A stretch of 64,000 nucleotides of DNA from Planctomycetaceae bacterium (GCA_044507535.1 JBIQJK010000008.1:1299-65298), one strand, 5' to 3'. Shown: positions 41,620-49,943, numbered from the stretch's first letter. The notes: generated from the sequence alone by a model not told the origin. Numbers and translations: made by a program.

Positions 41620-42711
41620 ATGGCAGAACCCATGATCATTACACCGAGCCCTCTTGAACAGCACCGGCGGCGGAGCCGGGTGCAGTTCTCGCCCGGTGCC
41701 GAGTCGGCGGGAACCACCCGCCGCACCAAGCGGACCCTCAGCCGCGAGGATGAGAAGCTCCTCGCCCAGCTCCTCTCAGCCGAGCAGGACTTCATCGACA
41801 GCCCCGTCTTCCGCGAGGAGGGGGCCGAGCAGGCGATCTACGACGAAGCCCCGGAGATCCAGAAGCCGGACACCAGCTGGTACCACCCGGTGATGGACGA
41901 CCTCTCCCCGGGCAAGAGCCGCACCGTCAAGAGCGCCCAGCAGGTCATCCTCACCGGCGCCGAGGAGCGGGTCCTCTTCCACCAGTTCAACTACGCCCGC
42001 TACCGCGTCTGGAAGCTCCAGCAGGAGATCTGGTCCAGCCCCGACCGCAAGCCCACCCCCGAGCAGGCCGAGGAGATGCTCTCCTGGTACCGCCGGGCCG
42101 AGGTCATCCGCGAGCAGATCGCCGAGACCAACCTCGCCCTGGTCCTGGCCATGGCCAAGCGCACCCGCATGAGCGAGGTGGACTTCGCCGACCTGGTCAG
42201 CGAGGGGAACATGGCCCTGCTCCGCGCGGTGGACAAGTTCGACGCCGGCCGCGGCTACAAGTTCTCCACCTACGCCTGCCGGGCCATCCTCAAGGCCTTC
42301 AGCCGCCAGGGGATGAAGCTCAGCAAGTACCGCCAGCGCTTCCCGACCGACTTCGACCCCAAGCTCGAGAAGTCCAACTACCTCGAGACCAAGCGGGCCG
42401 GGTTCGAGAAGGAGGCCGCCGACGAGGTCAAGCGGATCGTCCTGGACAACCGCGCCGACCTCACCGACGTCGAGCGGACGGTCATCGAGCACCGCTTCGG
42501 CCTGGAGTCCGGCGAGGCGGACAAGCCCATGACCCTCGAGCAGGTCGGCCAGATCATCGGCGTCACCAAGGAGCGCGTCCGCCAGATCCAGAACAAGGCC
42601 ATGGAGAAGATCCGCCTGGCCCTGGAGTCCAGCTTCCTCGGCGTCAAGCGCGACGAGGATGGTCGCGAGGACGGCCCCGCCGGCGGCGGCATGTCCTCCC
42701 TGAGCTTCTGA
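41620..42711 (+). CDS. sigma-70 family RNA polymerase sigma factor (group 1/2-like)
   Basis: Region 2 DLVSEGNMALLRAVDKFDAGRGYKFSTYACRAILKAF. Region 4.2 MTLEQVGQIIGVTKERVRQIQNKAMEKIR. The start is uncertain (41542 or 41620). Confidence 0.85.
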   Translation: MAEPMIITPSPLEQHRRRSRVQFSPGAESAGTTRRTKRTLSREDEKLLAQLLSAEQDFIDSPVFREEGAEQAIYDEAPEIQKPDTSWYHPVMDDLSPGKSRTVKSAQQVILTGAEERVLFHQFNYARYRVWKLQQEIWSSPDRKPTPEQAEEMLSWYRRAEVIREQIAETNLALVLAMAKRTRMSEVDFADLVSEGNMALLRAVDKFDAGRGYKFSTYACRAILKAFSRQGMKLSKYRQRFPTDFDPKLEKSNYLETKRAGFEKEAADEVKRIVLDNRADLTDVERTVIEHRFGLESGEADKPMTLEQVGQIIGVTKERVRQIQNKAMEKIRLALESSFLGVKRDEDGREDGPAGGGMSSLSF

Positions 42712-42756
42712 CCGCCCCGCCGCCCGTCGGAGGCGGCCCGGATGCAAGCCCAGAGC

Positions 42757-42790
42757 GGGCCCGGAACCCTCCGGGCCCTTTCTTCTTTTT
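42757..42790 (+). terminator. intrinsic terminator of the sigma factor gene
   Basis: GGGCCCGGA accc TCCGGGCCC followed by TTTCTTCTTTTT. Confidence 0.75.
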
Positions 42791-43066
42791 GGCCCCCCTT
42801 CTCCGACCGCTACCGCCGCCGGCAGCTCGCCGTCGTCTGCCCCCGACGGCTCCGCCGCCTCCAGCGCCGGCCCCGTGGAAGGCTCGGCCCGACCGCGGCG
42901 GCATCCGGGCCTCTCGCCCGCGGGCCGCCGCGGAAAGCCCCCGGTTTGCGCTGCGAACGAAGGGCGGCCGCCGCAACCTCGCCGCCCGCGCCTGCGAACC
43001 TCTGGGCGGGCCCGGGGTTCGCCCGCCGGGCCGCAGGTCTTGCTGGAGGCAGGTGCTCACCGGCCC

Positions 43067-43099
43067 CCGCCGCGGCGTCCCGCGGTGGCCTGTTTTTTT
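43067..43099 (+). terminator. second, orphan intrinsic terminator inside the sigma-pilT spacer
   Basis: CCGCCGCGG cgtc CCGCGGTGG (9-bp stem, one G-U pair), then CCTG and a run of 7 T. Confidence 0.55.
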
Positions 43100-43197
43100 A
43101 TCGGCCGCGGCCATCCGGAAGGGCGGCGGGGAGAGGGAGAGGGGTTCGGGAGGGCCGCGCGGGGCGGCGCGTTTCCACGCTCCGATTTTCGTGTACC

Positions 43198-44490
43198 ATG
43201 GAAAGGGGACAGCACGTGTCCATGAACAATCAGACCGCCGCGCCCGGCGCGGCCGACGGCGAAGTGGTCGCGACGACGGGCGTCGGCGGCGCTCCGGCCG
43301 CGACCGCTCCGGGAACCAAGAGGGAACCGGGTGCCATGAGCCTCACCGCCGAGCCCGCCAGCCAACCGATCGCCTCCCACGTCACCCTGGACCCCGACAG
43401 GAAGCACGACCCGCACGCGACGCGGTTCGGCAAGTTCCTCGCCGCGGCCATCAAGCTCAGCGCCTCGGACCTCATCATGAAGTCCGGGCAGCCCCCCAAG
43501 CTCCGCCTCCGCGGCGCGCTCAAGCCCCTGGACACCCCCCCGGTCACCGCCGAGGAGTTCCTCCAGATCGCGAAGCACATCCTGACCGACGAGCAGTTCA
43601 AGGACCTGCGCCACTTCGGCTCGGTGGACTTCGCCTACGACTACGACGAGAACAACCGCTTCCGCGTCAACCTCTTCCAGGCCCGCGGCAAGCTCTCCAT
43701 CGCCGCCCGTCTGATCACCAGCAACATCAAGAAGTTCGAGGAGCTCTACCTCCCCCCCGTCATGGCCGAGATCGCCATGCAGCCCCAGGGGATCGTGCTC
43801 CTCTGCGGCGTGACGGGCTCGGGCAAGTCCACCACCATCGCCTCGATGCTCGACTACGTCAACGAGCGCAAGCCCGTGCACATCGTCACCATCGAGGACC
43901 CGATCGAGTACATCTTCACGGACAAGAAGGCCACCATCAACCAGCGCGAGATCGGCATCGACTGCCTCGACTTCAAGATCGCGCTCCGCGCCCTGGTCCG
44001 CGAGAACCCCGACATCGTGCTCGTCGGGGAGATGCGCGACAAGGAGACCTTCGAGGCCGCCCTCCACGCCGCCGAGACCGGCCACCTGGTCTACGGCACC
44101 ATCCACGCCTCCAGCACCACCCAGACCTTCAGCCGCATCTACGGCCTCTTCGAGCAGGAGGAGGTCGAGCAGGTCCGCCGCATCCTCGCCTACCAGATGC
44201 GTGCCTTCGTCTACCAGAAGCTCCTCCCCACCCTCCACGAGAACATCCAGCGCATCCCCGCCTGCGAGATCCTCATCAACAACAGCGTCGTCCGCAAGCA
44301 CATCCTCGAGGGACGCGAGGGCGAGCTCCGCGAGTACCTCAACAGCATCGAGGCGATCCAGTCCGGCATGAAGGACTTCAACCTCTCCCTCGTCGAGCTC
44401 GTCGAGGGCGAGTACATCCACATGCGCGTCGCCCTCGAGGCCACCCCCAACGCCGACGAGCTGATGATGCGCCTCAAGAAGCTCGGCTGA
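43198..44490 (+). CDS. pilT: type IV pilus retraction ATPase PilT family, with a ~65-residue Ala/Gly/Pro-rich N-terminal extension
   Basis: Canonical Walker A LLCGVTGSGKSTT, Asp box/Walker B DIVLVGEMRD, His box TGHLVYGTIHA, and the N-domain block ASDLIMKSGQPPKLRLRG. An alternative start is at ATG 43222. Confidence 0.9.
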   Translation: MERGQHVSMNNQTAAPGAADGEVVATTGVGGAPAATAPGTKREPGAMSLTAEPASQPIASHVTLDPDRKHDPHATRFGKFLAAAIKLSASDLIMKSGQPPKLRLRGALKPLDTPPVTAEEFLQIAKHILTDEQFKDLRHFGSVDFAYDYDENNRFRVNLFQARGKLSIAARLITSNIKKFEELYLPPVMAEIAMQPQGIVLLCGVTGSGKSTTIASMLDYVNERKPVHIVTIEDPIEYIFTDKKATINQREIGIDCLDFKIALRALVRENPDIVLVGEMRDKETFEAALHAAETGHLVYGTIHASSTTQTFSRIYGLFEQEEVEQVRRILAYQMRAFVYQKLLPTLHENIQRIPACEILINNSVVRKHILEGREGELREYLNSIEAIQSGMKDFNLSLVELVEGEYIHMRVALEATPNADELMMRLKKLG

Positions 44491-44546
44491 ACAGCCCCGG
44501 CCCGGGCCGCGCCCGGCGCACGCCCCACGCCGCCGACGACCCCATC

Positions 44547-44590
44547 GACCGGCCGCCGCCCCCACCCGGCGCGGCCGGTCTTTTCTTTTC
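44547..44590 (+). terminator. intrinsic terminator of pilT
   Basis: GACCGGCCGC ...14 nt... GCGGCCGGTC followed by TTTTCTTTTC. Confidence 0.7.
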
Positions 44591-44677
44591 GCGCCCCCCG
44601 CGGGGCACGCGCAGGACCCCGCCCCCTGCCACCCGAACCACGGGCGAACCGGCACGGCCGCGGCCGCCCTCCCCGGT

Positions 44678-44706
44678 TTGTAAACCATCACCATTTCGGC
44701 TAGTGT
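44678..44706 (+). promoter_or_regulatory. candidate sigma-70-type promoter for the PilB/GspE-like gene
   Basis: TTGTAA (44678-83), a 17-nt spacer, then TAGTGT (44701-06). This is an AT-rich pair of hexamers in an otherwise GC-rich spacer, ~140 nt upstream of ATG 44844. Confidence 0.3.
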
Positions 44707-44843
44707 GTACGCCCCGCTGCCACCGCCCCCTCCCGTCGTGCGTATAGACCGGCCAGGGGCGTTGCAGCGCCCCGCGTTGCTTGTTTTTGACTCGGTCCCT
44801 GCCCCCGAATCCGCCGGGCCGCGAACCGTCCGGAGCACCTCCG

Positions 44844-46628
44844 ATGTCGATCCCCACCTCCGCTCTGCTGGCCCAAGCGAGCGGCATGATGCTCGTTTCG
44901 GCCTGGAAGCCCTTCCTCATCCTCCTGTTCTGGGTCCCGTGGGCCTGGGTCATCACCAAGGTCTACGACAAGCACGCCGCCCGCTTCTTCCTCCCCCGCC
45001 GCCGGTGGAACATCATCCACCTCGTCGCCGGGACCATCGCGCTGATGGCCGCGCTGCTCATGCCCATCCCCGGCGAGGCGGCCTTCTGGGTCGGCCTGCT
45101 CGCCATGCTCGCCATCCTCGGGGCCGATCTCTTCGCCTACGCCTACGCCGCGAACAAGGATGAGCGAGTCCCCGACCGCTTCAAGATCCGCCTGAACCTC
45201 GACTCCCTCCGCCAGGGCAAGGCCGAGAAGGAGGCCGCCAAGCTCCAGGCCAAGGTCGCCCTCACGATCAAGTCCCCCGACGAGAAGGGCAAGCCCGCCG
45301 TCACCATCCCCCCGCCCCAGCCCGAGACCCCCGAGTACGAGGTCCGGGTCGCCGCCGAGGCGGTGTACAACAAGGCCATGCTCGCCCGCGCCTCCCAGGT
45401 GGACATCGGCCCCGCCGGCGCCCCGGGCAAGGAGGGCGTCTACGGCGTCTCCTTCCTGGTGGACGGCGTCCGCCAGGCCGGCGAGACCATGCCCCCCGCC
45501 GCCGCGGTCAAGATCATGGACTTCTGGAAGGCCGCGGCCAAGCTCGACGTCTCCGACCGCCGCCGCAGGCTACAGGGCATGTGCTCCGTCGAGCACGACG
45601 GCGCCAAGCACCTGGTCCGCGTCACCAGCGTCGGCGTCCAGGGCGGCGGCATGCGGCTGACCATGCTCTTCGACCCCGAGCAGGCGGTCCTCCGCCGGCC
45701 CGAGGAGCTCGGCCTGCTCGACATGCAGATGGCCGCCCTCAAGGACATCACCTCCGAGACCAAGGGCATCGTCCTGCTCGCCGCCCCCCCGGACGGCGGG
45801 CGCACCACCCTCACCTACTCCGTCGCCCAGCTCCACGACGCCTACACCAGCAACGTCCAGACCGTCGAGGTCGACCCGCAGGCCTCCCTCGAGGGCATCC
45901 GCGTCAACAAGTTCGAGCCCGAGAAGGAGGGGGCGGAGTTCAGCACCCTCGTCCGCTCCGTCCTGCGGCGCGACCCGCAGGTCGTCTTCGTCGGCGAGCT
46001 CCCCGACGCCAACACCGCCAAGGAGATCGTCAAGGGCGACCTGGACCGCACACGCGTCTACGTCTCCCTCCGCGCCGACAGCGCCCTGGGCGCCATCGAC
46101 CTGTGGCTCAAGACCATCGGCGACCCCGCCGCGGGCGCCAAGCGCCTCGAGGGAGTCCTCGCCGGCCGGCTGCTCCGCAAGCTCTGCACCAACTGCCGCG
46201 TCGGCTACCCGCCGTCGCCGGACATGCTCAAGAAGCTCGGCCTGCCCGCGGACAAGATCCCGCAGCTGTTCAAGAAGGGCGGCCAGGTGCTCATCAAGAA
46301 CAAGCCCGAGGTCTGCCCCATGTGCAACGGCGTGGGGTACATCGGCCAGGAGGGCATCTTCGAGATCTACAAGCTCGACGACGAGGACCGCGCCATGCTC
46401 GCCTCGGGCAACCTCGCCGGCGTCAAGGCCGCCCTCCGCAAGAAGCAGCAGCCCACGATCCAGCAGTCGGCGATCCGCAAGGCCGTGGACGGCACCACCA
46501 GCGTCGAGGAGGTGATGCGCGTCACCGCCCCCGCCGCGGCCGCCCCGCGCCCCGCCGCCGCCGGGGGGGGCGGGGGCGGCGCCCAGGCCCAGCGCCCCGC
46601 CCCCGAGCCCCAGCCCAGCAAGACCTGA
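44844..46628 (+). CDS. membrane-anchored PilB/GspE (T2SS/T4P assembly ATPase) family protein with degenerate nucleotide-binding motifs
   Basis: N-terminal hydrophobic helices (MMLVSAWKPFLILLFWVPWAWVI; IIHLVAGTIALMAALLMPI; AFWVGLLAMLAILGADLFAYAYA). N2-like block VYGVSFLVDGV...DRRRRLQGMCSV...VRVTSV. In place of Walker A: VLLAAPPDGGRTTLTYS. In place of Walker B: RRDPQVVFVGELPD. In place of the His box: RVYVSLRA. The tetracysteine CTNC...CPMCNGVGY is retained. Confidence 0.8.
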   Translation: MSIPTSALLAQASGMMLVSAWKPFLILLFWVPWAWVITKVYDKHAARFFLPRRRWNIIHLVAGTIALMAALLMPIPGEAAFWVGLLAMLAILGADLFAYAYAANKDERVPDRFKIRLNLDSLRQGKAEKEAAKLQAKVALTIKSPDEKGKPAVTIPPPQPETPEYEVRVAAEAVYNKAMLARASQVDIGPAGAPGKEGVYGVSFLVDGVRQAGETMPPAAAVKIMDFWKAAAKLDVSDRRRRLQGMCSVEHDGAKHLVRVTSVGVQGGGMRLTMLFDPEQAVLRRPEELGLLDMQMAALKDITSETKGIVLLAAPPDGGRTTLTYSVAQLHDAYTSNVQTVEVDPQASLEGIRVNKFEPEKEGAEFSTLVRSVLRRDPQVVFVGELPDANTAKEIVKGDLDRTRVYVSLRADSALGAIDLWLKTIGDPAAGAKRLEGVLAGRLLRKLCTNCRVGYPPSPDMLKKLGLPADKIPQLFKKGGQVLIKNKPEVCPMCNGVGYIGQEGIFEIYKLDDEDRAMLASGNLAGVKAALRKKQQPTIQQSAIRKAVDGTTSVEEVMRVTAPAAAAPRPAAAGGGGGGAQAQRPAPEPQPSKT

Positions 46629-46785
46629 CCGTACCGACCCGGCCGCCGCAGGGGCCGCCCCCGGGCGCCCGCGGCCGCTGAACCACGCACGCACCCCCGC
46701 GCGGCCCCGGCGCCGCGCCGCAGACCTGACAAGCCCGAGCCGGCCGGCCCCCCGCGGCCCGGCCCCCCTCGGCGGAGAGCGGACC

Positions 46786-48564
46786 ATGATCCTCAGCCTG
46801 GTGGTGATCCTCCTCATCGGCATCATCGCGTACGTGTGGGCGTCGCGAGGCTTCTTCTCCTCCCTCGTGCACATGCTCTGCGTGCTCGTGGCCGGCGCCG
46901 TCGCCTTCGGCCTCTGGGAGCCCATCGCCTACGCCATCCTCGGCGCCGACCCCAAGGGGTGGATCGTGGACATGGCCTGGGGCGTCTCGCTCGCCGTCCC
47001 CTTCGCCGTCACCCTCGCCGGCCTCCGGCTGGGAATCGACAGCCTCCTGCCCGCCAACACCGACCTCGACACCGCCAGCAACCTCATCGGCGGCGGCATC
47101 TGCGGGGCCGTCTCCGGCACCATCTCCGTCGGCATCCTCGTCCTGGCGATCAGCTTCCTCCGCCTCCCCTCCTCGGTGGCGGGCCACGAGGCGATCGGCT
47201 TCGACCCCGGCGGCTCCGTCAAGCGAGAGAGCAGCCTGCTCCTCCCCGCCGACCGCATCACCGCCGGCCTCTACTCCGCCCTCTCCCGCTCCACCCTCCG
47301 CACCCCCACGCCGATGGACCTCTGGCGCCCCCGCCTCGCCGAGGAGGGGCACATGCTCCGCACCAACTTCAACAACGGCGGCGCCAAGCACACCCTCACC
47401 CCCGCCTCCTTCGAGCTGCTGGGCCGCTACACCGTCGGCATGGACAACGCCATCCCCCTGCGAGAGCTGACCACCGACTCCTTCTCCGAGGCCGTCCAGA
47501 ACGTCAAGACCCTCACCGGCGAGCCCGCCTCGCAGAACTCCTACATCGAGGGCCTCGTCGTCCAGTTCAAGGCCGGTGCCCGCGAGAAGGAGGGCCGCGT
47601 CGTCATCGGCAACGCCCAGATCCGCCTGGTCTGCACCCCCGCCAACGACCCCTACGGCGAGTCCATCGCCATCCACCCCTTCGCCATGGTCTCCCAGGCC
47701 GGCGGCGACAAGCTCGACCTCGGCCGCTGGCGCTTCGAGCGTCCCAAGATCTTCATCGCCTCCGTCGGCGGCGCGGCCGACTCCACCATGGCCTTCGAGT
47801 TCCTCGTCCCCCGCGACTACCGGCCCCTGGCCCTGTACGTCAAGGGCGTCCGCGTCAACCTCCTGAGCACCCAGCCCTTCCAGAAGTACACCGACGTCGC
47901 GAGCCGCGACGCCGCCGTCCGCGCCGGCTCCATCCTCTCCGCCCTCGTCGGCGGCTCCGGCCCCATCGACAACTCCCGCGTCACCACCATCGACCCCACC
48001 TCGACCCCGGAGGGCGGCTTCGAGAGCGAGGTCATGACGATCGGCGCCCTCGCCGGCCGCCTGATCCTCAACAAGGACAACCTTCCCGGCATCGAGATCG
48101 ACGAGAACAACCGCATCCTCGTCGCCGACGCCAAGTACCGCTCCAGCGACCTGACCGAGAACCGCAGCCTCAACCGCTCCCTCCAGGTCCGCGAGTTCGC
48201 CACCACCGACGACACCCAGATCGTCCAGCTCAGCGTCGGCTCCCAGTCCCGCGTCGGCCTGCTCACCTCCGCGGCCCTCAACGCCGACCTCAGCAAGCCG
48301 ATGTTCCTGGTGGACCAGAACGGCCAGCGCTACCAGGCCATCGGCTACGTCTACCAGGACGCCGGCGAGGTCCACATCCGCATGACCCCCGGCCGCCCTC
48401 TCCGCGCCGTCACCGAGCTGCCTAACAGCGGCCCGACCACCAGCCGCCCCGATCAGAAGTTCTACCTCGTCTTCCGCGTCAGCAAGGGCGTGGACATCCG
48501 CTTCTTCACCGTCGGCGATATCGCCATCGGGGAGTTCAGCCCGCCGCTGAAGATCGGCGGCTGA
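46786..48564 (+). CDS. CvpA-family membrane domain fused to a ~450-residue domain of unknown function
   Basis: N-terminus MILSLVVILLIGIIAYVWASRGFFSSLVHMLCVLVAGAVAFGLWEP... with 4 predicted TM helices resembles CvpA (colicin V production protein family). I do not recognise the remainder. GGAGAG lies upstream of the ATG. Confidence 0.65.
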   Translation: MILSLVVILLIGIIAYVWASRGFFSSLVHMLCVLVAGAVAFGLWEPIAYAILGADPKGWIVDMAWGVSLAVPFAVTLAGLRLGIDSLLPANTDLDTASNLIGGGICGAVSGTISVGILVLAISFLRLPSSVAGHEAIGFDPGGSVKRESSLLLPADRITAGLYSALSRSTLRTPTPMDLWRPRLAEEGHMLRTNFNNGGAKHTLTPASFELLGRYTVGMDNAIPLRELTTDSFSEAVQNVKTLTGEPASQNSYIEGLVVQFKAGAREKEGRVVIGNAQIRLVCTPANDPYGESIAIHPFAMVSQAGGDKLDLGRWRFERPKIFIASVGGAADSTMAFEFLVPRDYRPLALYVKGVRVNLLSTQPFQKYTDVASRDAAVRAGSILSALVGGSGPIDNSRVTTIDPTSTPEGGFESEVMTIGALAGRLILNKDNLPGIEIDENNRILVADAKYRSSDLTENRSLNRSLQVREFATTDDTQIVQLSVGSQSRVGLLTSAALNADLSKPMFLVDQNGQRYQAIGYVYQDAGEVHIRMTPGRPLRAVTELPNSGPTTSRPDQKFYLVFRVSKGVDIRFFTVGDIAIGEFSPPLKIGG

Positions 48565-48615
48565 TCCCCGCCGCGGCCGGCGCAGCGCCGCCACGGCAAA
48601 GCCCATCAAAGGAAA

Positions 48616-48646
48616 GAAGGCCCGGGCGAGCCCGGGCCTTCTTTTC
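48616..48646. terminator. bidirectional intrinsic terminator between the convergent cvpA-like and rplI genes
   Basis: GAAGGCCCGGG cgag CCCGGGCCTTC, flanked by AAAG on the left and TTTTCGTT on the right. Confidence 0.7.
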
Positions 48647-48690
48647 GTTCCGAGTTCTCCCCCTCCCTCCCGACCTCCCCCGCCGCCGCA

Positions 48691-49257
48691 TCACTGCGGC
48701 TTGGAAGCCCCGGGGGCCTCGGCCGCGGCCGGGACCGCACCCTCGACCACCGCGCCCTCGGGCGCCTCCTCCTCTTCCTCCTCCTCGTCGAGGTCGAGCT
48801 TGCGGTCGGGCTTGACGACGAGCTTCAGCGTCGCCTCCAGGTCCGCCTCGAACTTGATCATCACCTCGAAGTCGCCGATCCGCTTGATCGTCTGCGCCAG
48901 GCGGACGTCCCGCGGCCGGACCTCGAAGCCCTTCTCCGCCAGCGCCGCGACGATGTCCTGCTGCGTCACCGACGCGTACAGGATGCCCATGTCGTTGCAC
49001 GAGCGGACCAGCTCCAGCTCCAGGCCGGACATCTTCTCGACCATCTGCTCGCGCTGCTTGCGGAGCTCGGCCAGCTGCCGCTCCACCTCGGCCCGCTTGG
49101 CCGCGAGCGCCTTGATCATCTCCTCCGTCGGCGTGGTCGCCAGGCCGCGGGGCAGCAGGTAGTTGCGGGCGTAGCCGCTGCGGACCTTCACCACGTCCCC
49201 GACGATCCCCAGGGCCTCGACGTTCTCGGTCAGCAGCAGTTCAACGTTCTTCGCCAT
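48691..49257 (-). CDS. rplI: 50S ribosomal protein L9
   Basis: MAKNVELLLTENVEALGIVGDVVKVRSGYARNYLLPRGLA. Acidic C-terminal tail. Confidence 0.95.
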   Translation of the reverse strand: MAKNVELLLTENVEALGIVGDVVKVRSGYARNYLLPRGLATTPTEEMIKALAAKRAEVERQLAELRKQREQMVEKMSGLELELVRSCNDMGILYASVTQQDIVAALAEKGFEVRPRDVRLAQTIKRIGDFEVMIKFEADLEATLKLVVKPDRKLDLDEEEEEEEAPEGAVVEGAVPAAAEAPGASKPQ

Positions 49258-49370
49258 CGTTCGCTGTCCTTTCCTCAGGAAAGTTCAGGAGCGGCTCCCC
49301 GGGCCCACGCCCGGACCGCCCCAACGGGTGGTGAGGGGGGGATGGTAGGCAGGGGGAGGGGGGGAGGGAG

Positions 49371-49455
49371 AGGCACAGAGGCACAAAGGGAAAGACCCCC
49401 GCGGACGGCACCCGTCCGGGAGTCTCCCACTTTGTGCCTTTGTGCCTCTGTGCCT
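49371..49455. repeat. 19-bp perfect inverted repeat enclosing a second hairpin, in the ssb-rplI spacer
   Basis: AGGCACAGAGGCACAAAGG (49371-89) pairs with CCTTTGTGCCTCTGTGCCT (49437-55). An inner hairpin is CGGACGG/CCGTCCG (49402-08/49412-18). The right arm is part of a TTTGTGCC-like octamer run. Purine-rich G-runs at 49331-70 face a CT-rich tract at 49456-70. Confidence 0.9.
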
Positions 49456-49469
49456 TTGTCCCTTCCCCC

Positions 49470-49943
49470 TCAGAACGGGATATCGTCATCCGCGATCGGC
49501 TCGTACCCGTCGTTGGACGCCGGGCGCGAGGCGGTGGAGGCCGGTCGCGGCCGCGACGGGGCCGAGGCGTACCCGCCTCCCCCCCCGCCGCCGCCGCCCC
49601 CGCCGTCGCCCTTGGAGTCCACGAACTGGAAGCTCTCGACCACCACCCGCAGCTTGGACTGCTTGTTCCCCTCCTTGTCCTGCCACTGGTCGAGCTTCAG
49701 CCGCCCTTCGATGAAGACCGGCCGCCCCTTCCCCAGGTACTGGGCCATCACCTCCGCCGTCCGCCCCCACGCCTCGCAGTCCACGAAGGTGACCTCCTCG
49801 CGGTTCTCCCCGTCGGCGGTCTTGAACCGCCGGTTCACCGCGATCCCCAGGTTCGCCACCGCCTGGTTCGACTGCGTGTGCCGAAGCTCCACATCCCGGG
49901 TGAGGTTGCCCATCAGGAACACTTTGTTCACGCTGCCAGCCAT
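49470..49943 (-). CDS. ssb: single-stranded DNA-binding protein
   Basis: VNKVFLMGNLTRDVELR..., an OB fold, a Gly-rich linker (G x13) and the acidic tip DDDIPF. AAGGAG lies 8 nt upstream of ATG 49943. Confidence 0.95.
   Translation of the reverse strand: MAGSVNKVFLMGNLTRDVELRHTQSNQAVANLGIAVNRRFKTADGENREEVTFVDCEAWGRTAEVMAQYLGKGRPVFIEGRLKLDQWQDKEGNKQSKLRVVVESFQFVDSKGDGGGGGGGGGGGYASAPSRPRPASTASRPASNDGYEPIADDDIPF

Noticed and set aside
42875-43225. 116-aa plus-strand ORF in the sigma-pilT spacer
   Set aside because: Arg/Pro/Gly-rich composition and no RBS. It spans an intrinsic terminator with a T7 run and runs into the pilT start region, so the segment is more likely non-coding.
49258-49469. 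Possible hidden rpsR (S18) gene in the ssb-rplI spacer
   Set aside because: The spacer (212 nt) is slightly too short. The only ORF across it (49241..49489, minus) translates to a Pro/Ser/Gly-rich sequence with none of the S18 basic motifs, and the region is dominated by a palindrome and G-runs.
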